From: an uncultured Clostridia bacterium
Lineage (GTDB): Bacteria; Bacillota; Clostridia; Oscillospirales; Acutalibacteraceae
Length of the DNA stretch: 64,000 nucleotides
Reading direction: 5' to 3'
NCBI GenBank assembly: GCA_945876745.1
Contig: CAMCPL010000008.1
Span: 8,757-72,756 of the forward strand
This document shows positions 1-8,278 of the stretch, one piece after another. The notes under the pieces are model-generated. The model worked only from the letters and a program-made list of their open reading frames with translations. It had not been told where the DNA came from and ran no database searches. The position numbers were made by a program, and so were the translations under genes. The first letter of the stretch is position 1; every line of letters begins with the position of its first letter.

Positions 1-28
1 AACTTGCCATTTACAATAGTGGAGGAAA

Positions 29-1471
29 ATGAGGAAGATGACAAAAAGGAATAATATTTACAGTTTTTTGGCGTTTGTCTGTTCAGTAATTGCAGCAGGG
101 CTTTATGCGGACGGTATTTACTACATAATTAATGATGAATATTATGCGTATGCATGGCTGACGCTTATTGGACTATTCCCTATTGCAATATTATTAATTA
201 CATCACTATTTGCAGATGAAACTAAAAATACACGAAAAATTCCTGTTATTATTTCAGCATCGTTGCTTGTTGTAGGTTTAATAGATTGCCTTTCAGGTAA
301 AACAATGTGTTTGCCGATGGCGAAGGTTGGATTTTTCTATGCAGTATTTGGCACTCCGGTACCTGCAAAATATCTGACATATATATTCACATATGTCGTT
401 TTTGCACTTATAGTTTTCTTTATTCCTTTGTGCAAACCGATTTGGACAAAGCTGTTTTGTATTATTGAGGCTGTAATAAATTTATTCTACATATCATACT
501 TTGCGGTTTTAGATTATATTGGGATAAGATCAAGTGATTACTGTATAAGTGTAGCATATATTCTGTTTTATGTCGGATTTTTCTTTATTTCCTGTACGAT
601 GGCAAAGGATTATAACAAAGACTATGAAGAAGAACCTAAAAAGCTTGATTTCACATCCTTTTTCAAAAGCAGTGCATATTTAGAAATAGCACACGATACT
701 GCTGAAAAGAATCATATTGACTATGCTTCTTTCTATGAGTGTATAAAGAAAAGTGATTTTGAGTCAATTAAAGAAAAAGGCTATTACGGTCATGACTTTG
801 CCTTGCAGATGATTGTTGATTTGCATAATATTTTGGAAGTATTAATTAATGATAATTCAAGCTTCGAATTGATACTTCTCAAACAAAAAACAGATGAGCT
901 TTACAATATTCGCAATGATTTATATGCTTTTGACTTAAAGTTCTTTTTCTTTCTTCACTTCCTGTCAAACGCAGATGAAGAAGACCTTAAAACCATTGCT
1001 GTTGACATAAGCTCAAAATCGGAGTTCCCTATAAATATGCTTTCAAATTTTACAGGTAATTCTTTTACTCTTGATGGTGTAAACATAGCGAGTATGGAAG
1101 GCTTTCTTCAATCACTTAAGTATAAAGATACTGATGTGCAAAGGCGTATTTGTGCATTAACCGGCAAAGAGGCTAAAAAAGCGGGAAAGTACCATAACTT
1201 TTGGAGAATCACTCAATCACTTTACTGGAATGGTAAGAAGATAAACCGTTATAGCAGTAAATACACCAATCTTATCACAAGAGCCTATGATGCAATGGCT
1301 GAGAGTAATCCTGAATTTGTTAAAATTCTTTTGTGGACAGGACACAAGGTTTTAGTTCATTCGGTCGGCAAGGAATACAAATGGCAGACAGTGCTGACCG
1401 AAGACGAGTTCACAGAGGAACAGCTTGTTCGTTTAAGGAGTAAATACAGGGAGGCAAAAGACGGTGAGTAA
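29..1471 (+). CDS. Multi-pass membrane protein with C-terminal phage T4 gp30.3-like NADAR domain
   Basis: N-terminal ~190 aa has about 6 hydrophobic helices; C-terminus DISSKSEFPINMLSNF..FTLDG...SMEGFLQSLK..TVLTEDEF matches gp30.3/NADAR motifs (LSNF, EGFLQ..K, TILTE.EF); GGAGG RBS upstream. Confidence 0.75.
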   Translation: MRKMTKRNNIYSFLAFVCSVIAAGLYADGIYYIINDEYYAYAWLTLIGLFPIAILLITSLFADETKNTRKIPVIISASLLVVGLIDCLSGKTMCLPMAKVGFFYAVFGTPVPAKYLTYIFTYVVFALIVFFIPLCKPIWTKLFCIIEAVINLFYISYFAVLDYIGIRSSDYCISVAYILFYVGFFFISCTMAKDYNKDYEEEPKKLDFTSFFKSSAYLEIAHDTAEKNHIDYASFYECIKKSDFESIKEKGYYGHDFALQMIVDLHNILEVLINDNSSFELILLKQKTDELYNIRNDLYAFDLKFFFFLHFLSNADEEDLKTIAVDISSKSEFPINMLSNFTGNSFTLDGVNIASMEGFLQSLKYKDTDVQRRICALTGKEAKKAGKYHNFWRITQSLYWNGKKINRYSSKYTNLITRAYDAMAESNPEFVKILLWTGHKVLVHSVGKEYKWQTVLTEDEFTEEQLVRLRSKYREAKDGE

Positions 1472-1877
1472 TACCAAGGAAGACTCAATTATCAAACGAT
1501 TCACACAATTGGCTGAGTCTGCCTCTTCTTTGGAGGACTTAGAGAAGATTGATGAATTCCTGAAAATTTGCGAGAATAAAGGTCAACTTAGAGCAGTTGC
1601 TTATAATCACCTTTTGCAGAAATTAGCGGACGAAAATTCAACGGATTCAGAGCTTGCCTTTGCGTATTTTATTACAGGACAGACATACGAAAAACCTGAA
1701 TGGAGATGTATGTATTTTTACAATGCTTGCGACTATTTCAGAGACGCAGCAACCTCATTGGGAATTGAAAACAGTGATTTATATTCATACGATAGAATGA
1801 GAGAATATGCCGCTTATAAAATAGATATTTACAGTGTTTTTCAAGAAGATGCAAATATAGAAGGAGGTAGCTTATGA
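1464..1877 (+). CDS. Hypothetical acidic helical protein
   Basis: 137-aa ORF whose GTG start overlaps the upstream stop by 8 nt; no family recognised. Confidence 0.65.
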   Translation: MSNTKEDSIIKRFTQLAESASSLEDLEKIDEFLKICENKGQLRAVAYNHLLQKLADENSTDSELAFAYFITGQTYEKPEWRCMYFYNACDYFRDAATSLGIENSDLYSYDRMREYAAYKIDIYSVFQEDANIEGGSL

Positions 1878-2503
1878 ATAACAAGAAACAGATATATATG
1901 TTGATGAAGGAAGCATCGTATGAGTATAAAACAGGGGCAGATATACATACGGTGCTTGAAATACTTGAAAAAGCATTAGAGCTATCGCTGAACGATATAA
2001 AGTCGGAAAACTCGACTTTCGAGGACAGGCTGATGTTTTATAAAATAAACATTGACAAGGCTGCTTATTTGATGAGTGAAAATACAGACATAGCATTATC
2101 GTTATTCAAGGATCTTAAAGAAATCGTTGAAGTAGAAAAAGAAAAGCACGCCGACAATTTTACACTTTTGGCACAAAGTGGCTTGCTGAATTATCTGTAC
2201 GGTATGTGCTTTGACGAGGAAAATGAAAAAGAGTTAGTGCGTGCTTGTATTGCTTTTATTGACAGTATGGTGGACTTTATAAAGTGCACCAAAATAAAGC
2301 CATTTATTTCTAACCTTAACGATGTACTTGATTCTCAACGAGGCGTTGTTATAGCATGTCGTCAGCTTGGAATAGACAACGATATTATATCAAGTCTATG
2401 CGTTGGTGAGGATCCTGTGTTTGATTATGATGGTAAAATTGAAAACTTAACCAAATTTAAAGTCTTGTTACAAGAGAATTATCATATCAAAGATAAAGAC
2501 TAA
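1874..2503 (+). CDS. Hypothetical helical (TPR-like) protein
   Basis: 209-aa ORF with ATGA overlap and GGAGG RBS; amphipathic helical repeats; no family recognised. Confidence 0.65.
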   Translation: MNNKKQIYMLMKEASYEYKTGADIHTVLEILEKALELSLNDIKSENSTFEDRLMFYKINIDKAAYLMSENTDIALSLFKDLKEIVEVEKEKHADNFTLLAQSGLLNYLYGMCFDEENEKELVRACIAFIDSMVDFIKCTKIKPFISNLNDVLDSQRGVVIACRQLGIDNDIISSLCVGEDPVFDYDGKIENLTKFKVLLQENYHIKDKD

Positions 2504-2638
2504 CCTTCTATAATATCAATAATATTATGCCTCTTTATTTGTGAATTTTTTGAAAGTTTTTGTAAAAGCAAACAAAGACTTGAATAAGTAAGCAAACTAT
2601 GTTTAAATGCAAACACACAAGGAAAGGAGGCATTCTCT

Positions 2639-3829
2639 ATGCCAAAGAAAAATCAAAAATCAAGGACTCTTACCGGATATGGTGAGGGCACTATATTTTA
2701 CAGTAATTCAAAAGGTAAATGGATGGGACAGATAAATGTCGGTAAGGGTGAAGACGGCAAAATCAAACGAAAGTCCGTAACAGGAGATACGCCCGAAGAG
2801 GTCAAACAAAAGCTCAAGCAAATTGAGTTTGATATATACACAGGTACATTTATCAGCGAAGCCACTATTACCTTTGAGCAGTTAGAAAAACAAATACTCG
2901 AAGACAGATTTGCATTAAACGAGTTTCAACAGCAAACATATTACAGACACTTAGAAACTCTTAAAATGCTGAAATCAATCAGTAAAATACCATTACAGCA
3001 AATTAATTACTCAATGATTAAGCAGCTGATGATTGAGAGCGTGGATAAATACTCGGATTCGACAATCAGAAAGCAATTCTTAATGTTAAATCAGTGCTTC
3101 AACGAGGCTGTTAAAAGAAAGATTATCAAGGAAAATCCAATGAAGGATATGAAAAGACCTAAATCAAGAAAGAAGACTCGTAAGATAAGAGGATTTACCA
3201 TTGACGAGGAGCTTAGGTTCATTGAAGCATTGGAAAAAGAAAGCCCACTTTATAAAAATCAAATGCTTATATCTCTTTTCACAGGAATGCGTATGGGAGA
3301 GGTTAACGCATTAAAATATGATGATGTAAACACAATATTCAATGTTATCACTATTGACGAAACAATTTCAAACGGCAGACAGGGATTTGCGTTCATCAAT
3401 AACACAGCAAAAACCGATGCAGGTAACAGAACTATACCGATAAATAAAATAGTAAAGCCTATCATTGATAAGGTGCTGGCTGATTACAAGGAAACGCCCG
3501 ACAGGCTGTTGTTCCACTCATCTAACGGCACTATTGTAACCACAGGCTTAGTCCATAGTCATTTTAAGCAGATTCTTAAAAAGTATAACATTGTTGATCC
3601 TATGGTTAAGGGCGATATTACACTTCACAGTCTTCGTCACACATACGCAACTCGTTCTATTGAATCCGGTATGCAGGCGAAGGTTCTTCAAAAGCTACTT
3701 GGTCATACTGATATTTCGGTAACGCTTGATACATACTCGGATGTATTTGACAGCTTCCAAAGCGAAAACATCGAAAGAGCTGACGATTATATGATGGAAA
3801 AAGGATTTGGTAAAATCTTATCAGCGTAA
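2639..3829 (+). CDS. Tyrosine recombinase / site-specific integrase (phage/Tn916-like)
   Basis: Arm-binding N-terminus (GEGTIFY..KGKWMGQI); catalytic TGMRMGE, HSLRHTYAT and LGH....TLDTY motifs; AAGGAGG RBS. Confidence 0.95.
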   Translation: MPKKNQKSRTLTGYGEGTIFYSNSKGKWMGQINVGKGEDGKIKRKSVTGDTPEEVKQKLKQIEFDIYTGTFISEATITFEQLEKQILEDRFALNEFQQQTYYRHLETLKMLKSISKIPLQQINYSMIKQLMIESVDKYSDSTIRKQFLMLNQCFNEAVKRKIIKENPMKDMKRPKSRKKTRKIRGFTIDEELRFIEALEKESPLYKNQMLISLFTGMRMGEVNALKYDDVNTIFNVITIDETISNGRQGFAFINNTAKTDAGNRTIPINKIVKPIIDKVLADYKETPDRLLFHSSNGTIVTTGLVHSHFKQILKKYNIVDPMVKGDITLHSLRHTYATRSIESGMQAKVLQKLLGHTDISVTLDTYSDVFDSFQSENIERADDYMMEKGFGKILSA

Positions 3830-3855
3830 CAAAATTAAGTTTATATTCAGTCGCA

Positions 3856-3886
3856 AAAGGCTATCTCATTTTCGGAGGTAGCCTTT
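3856..3886 (+). terminator. Intrinsic terminator after integrase
   Basis: AAAGGCTATCTC / GAGGTAGCCTTT stem. Confidence 0.7.
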
Positions 3887-3971
3887 AATATTGTTTGAGT
3901 GCTATTAGATGCTCCCACCGGGTGCATTTGATTACACGGTATTATATTCAAAATTATATGTTGTTTCCATA

Positions 3972-4000
3972 TTGACTTTTTATTAAAAAAATGATAAAAT
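3972..4000 (+). promoter_or_regulatory. sigmaA-type promoter with no downstream ORF
   Basis: TTGACT-17bp-TAAAAT with extended TG. Confidence 0.55.
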
Positions 4001-4247
4001 CATTTCACTGTGATATCAACGTAGTTGTTGATAGCTATTATCGGTGAGTATAAGTGGCTAAAATGTGCGAAATTTAGAAATCTCGATTGAAGCAACGAAC
4101 AAGCAACTGCATACGCAGAAAAATGCTTGAAAGTGCTTAAACACGGGGATATTTCAAATTTTAAGTTTAGTCACCTCGACCATTAGAGTGCCTCGACACG
4201 CAATTCGCGTAGTTGAGGTTCTTATTTTTTAAGTTTTTTTCTCGCGT

Positions 4248-4275
4248 TTCAAGTCCATTATGAACATCCGCACCA
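4248..4275 (+). pseudogene. Displaced, degenerate tRNA-Leu 3' fragment (candidate attR core)
   Basis: TTCAAGTCC (T-loop) + ATTATGAA + CATCCGCACCA, the acceptor end typical of GCGGATG-type Firmicute tRNA-Leu; 5 nt longer than a normal T-stem. Confidence 0.6.
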
Positions 4276-4279
4276 ACTT

Positions 4280-4306
4280 GAGCAGGTTTCGTACCTGCTC
4301 TTTTTT
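4280..4306 (+). terminator. Terminator directly after tRNA remnant
   Basis: GAGCAGG-7nt-CCTGCTC followed by T6. Confidence 0.8.
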
Positions 4307-4471
4307 GTTGCCAAAATCCGTGAAATGCCCTATTCATCGGGCTTTCGGGACTTTGCATTGTATGCTTGCCGATACTTGAGAACTGTTGGATAACGTTAAA
4401 TTTAGGGTAAACTTGCAATCAAGTTGCAACTTTGAAACCCTCATAAATCAATATTTTTTAGCTAATAAAAC

Positions 4472-4521
4472 AAAAAATCAGCCATGTCCAAGCTATTTCG
4501 CTTGATCATGACTGATTTTTC
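4472..4521. terminator. Bidirectional terminator-like hairpin downstream of the aor-moaD operon
   Basis: AAAAAATCAGCCATG...CATGACTGATTTTTT. Confidence 0.6.
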
Positions 4522-4611
4522 TGTTTTTCGCCACTCGAAGGTGTCCTCACAACTACTTGTTTTGATTAGTCGTTCTGGCGCACCCTCGTTGTGCAAGGGA
4601 TTTTTTGTTGC

Positions 4612-4908
4612 TTATCCGCCGGCGGCAGGAGAAAGAAGCCAGATTTGGTCACCGTCGGAAATGGCGGTTTTCTTCTTTTTGCAATGCTCGCCGTTTATGT
4701 AAACTATGGCGTCCTTGAATTTTAAGGACTTGTTGGGATTGAGTGCGCCGTTTCTGCCCTCGTGAGAGGTCTGCGCGTCAAGCTCGTAGTTTTTTTCAAC
4801 GATTTTTGAAAGCTCAACAAAAATGTCCTCGACCGTTTTTGCTTCAAGCTCAACCTCGCTGAGTCCTATTGTTGTGTGCAAAACGCCGAAAAGCTGAACC
4901 TTAATCAT
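4612..4908 (-). CDS. moaD: MoaD/ThiS-family sulfur carrier
   Basis: MIKVQLFG start overlapping the aor stop; C-terminal SPAAGG di-glycine; start revised from ORF track (4941). Confidence 0.85.
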   Translation of the reverse strand: MIKVQLFGVLHTTIGLSEVELEAKTVEDIFVELSKIVEKNYELDAQTSHEGRNGALNPNKSLKFKDAIVYINGEHCKKKKTAISDGDQIWLLSPAAGG

Positions 4909-6829
4909 ACAGAAAAACCTCCTTTGCACATTCGGGAACACGAACGCCGACTCTCTTGAGAGTTTTGCGCGTCGGTGCGCCGTCTTTCCAGCCTCTTAAT
5001 TTGTAGTAGGTTTTCTTCATAACTTCAAGAGGCACCTTTGTTTTACTGTCGCCCTTGACCTGTTCCTCGTCGGTTAATCTACCCGGCAAGGTGTCGGCGT
5101 CCTTCGATACAGGCTGACCCAAAATAACGTTTGCAAGACGTTCGGTATTGTAGCCTCGTTCGCCCGCTCTTAAGAATTTTCCGAAATTATACTTAAGACC
5201 TGTTGCGGCGGAAATAACTCTCGGATATTGCATAATAGGAACATTGATAGGCAAAAGCATAGGCAGTCTGTCAAAGATAAATGTAACAGGAAGAGAATAC
5301 TTCATAACCGTATTTACAATTTTTGCAATCAAAGAAGACGGTCTTTTTACAACAAAGCCGGGCAAAATCGCATACGAGGTAAACACGCAGAAGCCTGCCG
5401 CCGAAGCGCCCTCCATTACGTTTTGGAACATAACGGTTAAGCCTGCCTTACCTTTTGTTGTGTAGGAATCAACATTAAGTCCAAGTCCTTCAAGCACTAC
5501 CATATATCCTGCGTTTAAGTGACAGCCGCCTCGGTTTGCCGTTGCATATCCGAGTCCGTGACCGACTGCACCGCGAGGTTCGTAAGCGGCAAGTTCCATA
5601 CCCTTTGCGTTAATGGCAAATTCCTTTCCGCCGTATTTTTCGCTCATTATTCTTGTACCGTTTGCCAAATCGTCGCCTATGCCTCGTCTGTATGCAATGT
5701 CCTCCCAAATTTCGCTGAGATTATCTGTTTCGCCGAAATTCAGTCCGTTATCCCACATACCTTTTTCGTTTAGTTCCATAGCAAAAGCCACGGAGCCTGC
5801 GGCTGAAATGGTGTCAATGCCTAATTCATCAAGTTCGTAATTCCATTTGATAATTTTTTCTAAATCGTCGTTGAGTAAATTGGGTCCGAGCAAGCCGAGT
5901 GTTTCAAGTTCGGGACCTTTAATGTTTTTGCCCTCAAACATAACACGGCGCTCGCATTTCATCGGACAGGAATTGCATCCGGCATTAGCAACCAGGTACT
6001 TATCCGCCATTTTTTCTCCCGAAACCTTTGCGAAATTGTCGAATCGTCCGTCGCTGAAATTCTTTGTTGCGAGTATGCGGTGAGCCTGCATCGGAGCAAC
6101 CAAGCCTGCCGTGCCGAGCTTCGACAGTTGAGCGCCTGTGATAGGATGATTTTTTAAGGTTTTAGTCCATTGAGCGTTGATTTTATCTAACTTTTCCTTG
6201 TTATATACTTCGACTTCTTTTTTGCCGTATGTAGTCACCGCTTTAAGATTTTTGTCGCCGAATACTGCACCGACGCCGCCTCTGCCTGCCGTTCTTTCAC
6301 CGCTGAACACGCAGGAATAAAGCACCTTGTTTTCGCCGGCAGGACCTATTACTAATTTGCCTGATCCTGTGGGAAGATGCTTTTGAGCCTCGGTTGTCAA
6401 CATTCCTGCCATTTCGGGAACTTCGTGAAATTTAACATCATCCTCGGTGATTTCCACCCAGGTCAAAACATCTGCTTTTCCGCTGATGATAACGCCGTCA
6501 AAGCCGGTTCTCTTAAGCCAGTAACCGAATCTGCCGCCGCAGTTTGATGAAGTGATGATATTAGTCAACGGTGAAATTGTAGAAATGTTAAATCTTGATG
6601 ATGAAGGCGAGTTGCAACCGGTAAGCGGACCTGTTGTAACAACAAGCCAGTTATCCTCGTCAAAAGCCTTCATATTAGGAGTAATGTGATTGAGCAGAAT
6701 ATCGCCTGCCATAATCTTTCCGCCGATTGTTCTGTCCCTGTCCTCGTCAGTCCACGGAAAATCCTTGAACGTCTTTGAGGTAAGGTCGATAAAGAGCACT
6801 CTGCCCATATATCCCTTTAGCTTTGTCAT
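4901..6829 (-). CDS. aor: Tungsten-containing aldehyde:ferredoxin oxidoreductase (AOR/WOR family)
   Basis: GYMGRVLFIDL start; SNCGG.FG; GRGGVGAVFG.KNLKA; CxxCxxxC (CNSCPMKC) plus distal Cys; GPELET; RGGCHL. Confidence 0.92.
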   Translation of the reverse strand: MTKLKGYMGRVLFIDLTSKTFKDFPWTDEDRDRTIGGKIMAGDILLNHITPNMKAFDEDNWLVVTTGPLTGCNSPSSSRFNISTISPLTNIITSSNCGGRFGYWLKRTGFDGVIISGKADVLTWVEITEDDVKFHEVPEMAGMLTTEAQKHLPTGSGKLVIGPAGENKVLYSCVFSGERTAGRGGVGAVFGDKNLKAVTTYGKKEVEVYNKEKLDKINAQWTKTLKNHPITGAQLSKLGTAGLVAPMQAHRILATKNFSDGRFDNFAKVSGEKMADKYLVANAGCNSCPMKCERRVMFEGKNIKGPELETLGLLGPNLLNDDLEKIIKWNYELDELGIDTISAAGSVAFAMELNEKGMWDNGLNFGETDNLSEIWEDIAYRRGIGDDLANGTRIMSEKYGGKEFAINAKGMELAAYEPRGAVGHGLGYATANRGGCHLNAGYMVVLEGLGLNVDSYTTKGKAGLTVMFQNVMEGASAAGFCVFTSYAILPGFVVKRPSSLIAKIVNTVMKYSLPVTFIFDRLPMLLPINVPIMQYPRVISAATGLKYNFGKFLRAGERGYNTERLANVILGQPVSKDADTLPGRLTDEEQVKGDSKTKVPLEVMKKTYYKLRGWKDGAPTRKTLKRVGVRVPECAKEVFLYD

Positions 6830-6840
6830 ACGTTTTCTCC

Positions 6841-7518
6841 TTATTTATTACATAGCGGACAATCACTGCCGCTTTTTATTTTCAGCCTTGATATATTCAA
6901 ATTGTCAACAACAATGAGCTCATAGCCGTTCGTGTATTCGTTGTCCAAAAGACGGTTTATTGCAAGCTGCGCCTGAATTGAGCCGATAATTCCTGCCGTT
7001 GCGCTTGAATTATATGTTTTGCAGTCACCTTCATTTAACATTCCGGCACAGGCAAGACACGGCGTTTTTTTCGGCACGTAAAGATATGCAATTCCGAAAA
7101 ATCCGTTAATAGCGCCGTTTATCAACGCAATGCTGTTAACGCTGCAAAAATCCTGTGCAACTCTTCTTGTCTCAATATTGTCGACGGCAAGAACAACAAC
7201 GTCCGCCTGCCTTGCAAAATCAAGGTCGTCGGCAGTAACGATTTTCCTGTTTACGTATTCAACGCTTGTTTCGGCGGAATAATTTGAAAGAAAAGCTCCT
7301 GAGCGAGCACATTTCGACTTGCCGAGCATTGAACGGTCATAGAAAAACTGACGGTTGAGATTTTTTTCTTCAACAACGTCGAAGTCGCACACGGTGAGCT
7401 TTCCTATTCCTGCGCCTGCAAGATGAACGCCTACGTTTACTCCCAAGCCGCCGCAGCCTATGATAACAGCCGATTTGTCGGAAATGTCGTAGCCTTGAAT
7501 ATCCGCCTTATTTACCAT
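6841..7518 (-). CDS. moeB: MoeB/ThiF-family sulfur-carrier adenylyltransferase
   Basis: GCGGLG nucleotide loop; D.D.VE..NLNRQ; CxxC zinc pairs (CLAC, CPLC). Confidence 0.88.
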   Translation of the reverse strand: MVNKADIQGYDISDKSAVIIGCGGLGVNVGVHLAGAGIGKLTVCDFDVVEEKNLNRQFFYDRSMLGKSKCARSGAFLSNYSAETSVEYVNRKIVTADDLDFARQADVVVLAVDNIETRRVAQDFCSVNSIALINGAINGFFGIAYLYVPKKTPCLACAGMLNEGDCKTYNSSATAGIIGSIQAQLAINRLLDNEYTNGYELIVVDNLNISRLKIKSGSDCPLCNK

Positions 7519-8002
7519 AGCTTCCTCCGCAGGTTACGGTATTTCCCGAAAGCGTTTCGACTGCGTGAGCCAAAACGGGCTTAACTATTTCAAGCGATTC
7601 GCGCACCGCCTTCGGACTGCCGGGCAAATTGATTATCAGCGTTGATTTTCTTATTCCGCTGACCGCCCTCGAAAGCATTGCTCTGTCGGTGATTTTCAAG
7701 CTGTATTCCCTGATTGCCTGCGGTATTCCGGGAACCTCCCTTTCAATAACGCTCTTTGTTGCTTCGGGCGTAACGTCTCTCGGCGCAAGCCCCGTGCCGC
7801 CGGTTGTAAGCACAACGTCAACCTTAAGCTCGTCGCAAAAACGAATGAGAGTATTTGCAATTTCTTTTTCGTCGTCGGGAACAATAACGTATTCAACTGT
7901 CTGCGCCGTATCTGACATAATTTCCTTTATCAGTACGCCGCTTTTGTCCTCGCATTCGCCTTTACTGCAACGGTCGGACGCACTCAAAATTGCTATTTTC
8001 AT
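7508..8002 (-). CDS. mog: Molybdopterin adenylyltransferase (Mog/MoaB family)
   Basis: SDR..GE.EDKSG; TTGGTGLAPRDVTPEAT; NLPGSPKAV. Confidence 0.9.
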   Translation of the reverse strand: MKIAILSASDRCSKGECEDKSGVLIKEIMSDTAQTVEYVIVPDDEKEIANTLIRFCDELKVDVVLTTGGTGLAPRDVTPEATKSVIEREVPGIPQAIREYSLKITDRAMLSRAVSGIRKSTLIINLPGSPKAVRESLEIVKPVLAHAVETLSGNTVTCGGSYGK

Positions 8003-8139
8003 AACACAGCTCCTTGTATTTGTAATTTCATATTAACATATTATGTCTTTATTTACAACGATTTGTTAAAACATATTGAAAAATTTTCTGTTTTGTGTTA
8101 CCTTTTAATTGACATATTAATACCCGATGTCCCAATTTT

Positions 8140-8268
8140 TTATCCGACCTTGCCTCTCTAAGTGGGCGAAAAGACCATATGAGGCGCAAGGCGAGCTATA
8201 ATAAACGCCGAAACGGCAGTAGCTAAGGGTTGACGAAGAAATGAGGCAGCCTTCCGTATTTGAAAAGG
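8140..8268 (+). ncRNA. Moco/Wco (molybdenum/tungsten cofactor) riboswitch-like leader
   Basis: TCCGA...CTAAG..., GCCGAAACGGC hairpin, CTAAGGGT...GAAATG...GCCTTCCGTATTTGAAAAGGAG ending at the tupA RBS; resembles the Rfam MOCO_RNA_motif; context fits. Confidence 0.65.
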
Positions 8269-8278
8269 AGAAAAAGAA

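Larger units (their letters stand above)
1..4275. mobile_element. Right end of an integrative element (prophage/ICE/IME) inserted at a tRNA-Leu 3' end; left end outside window
   Basis: AT-richer DNA than the downstream host genes; tyrosine integrase transcribed toward a tRNA 3'-end remnant (CATCCGCACCA) followed by a terminator; unknown cargo ORFs upstream. Confidence 0.7.

Noticed and set aside
2568-2614. Three GCAAAC copies upstream of integrase as operator
   Set aside because: Only 6 bp, irregular spacing (24 and 17 bp), AT-rich context; insufficient support
4167-4418. 83-aa minus-strand ORF across the att region
   Set aside because: Spans the tRNA remnant and terminator; no RBS or similarity recognised
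4946-4975. Palindrome ACTCTC-TT-GAGAGT
   Set aside because: Lies inside the aor coding sequence; short enough to be chance
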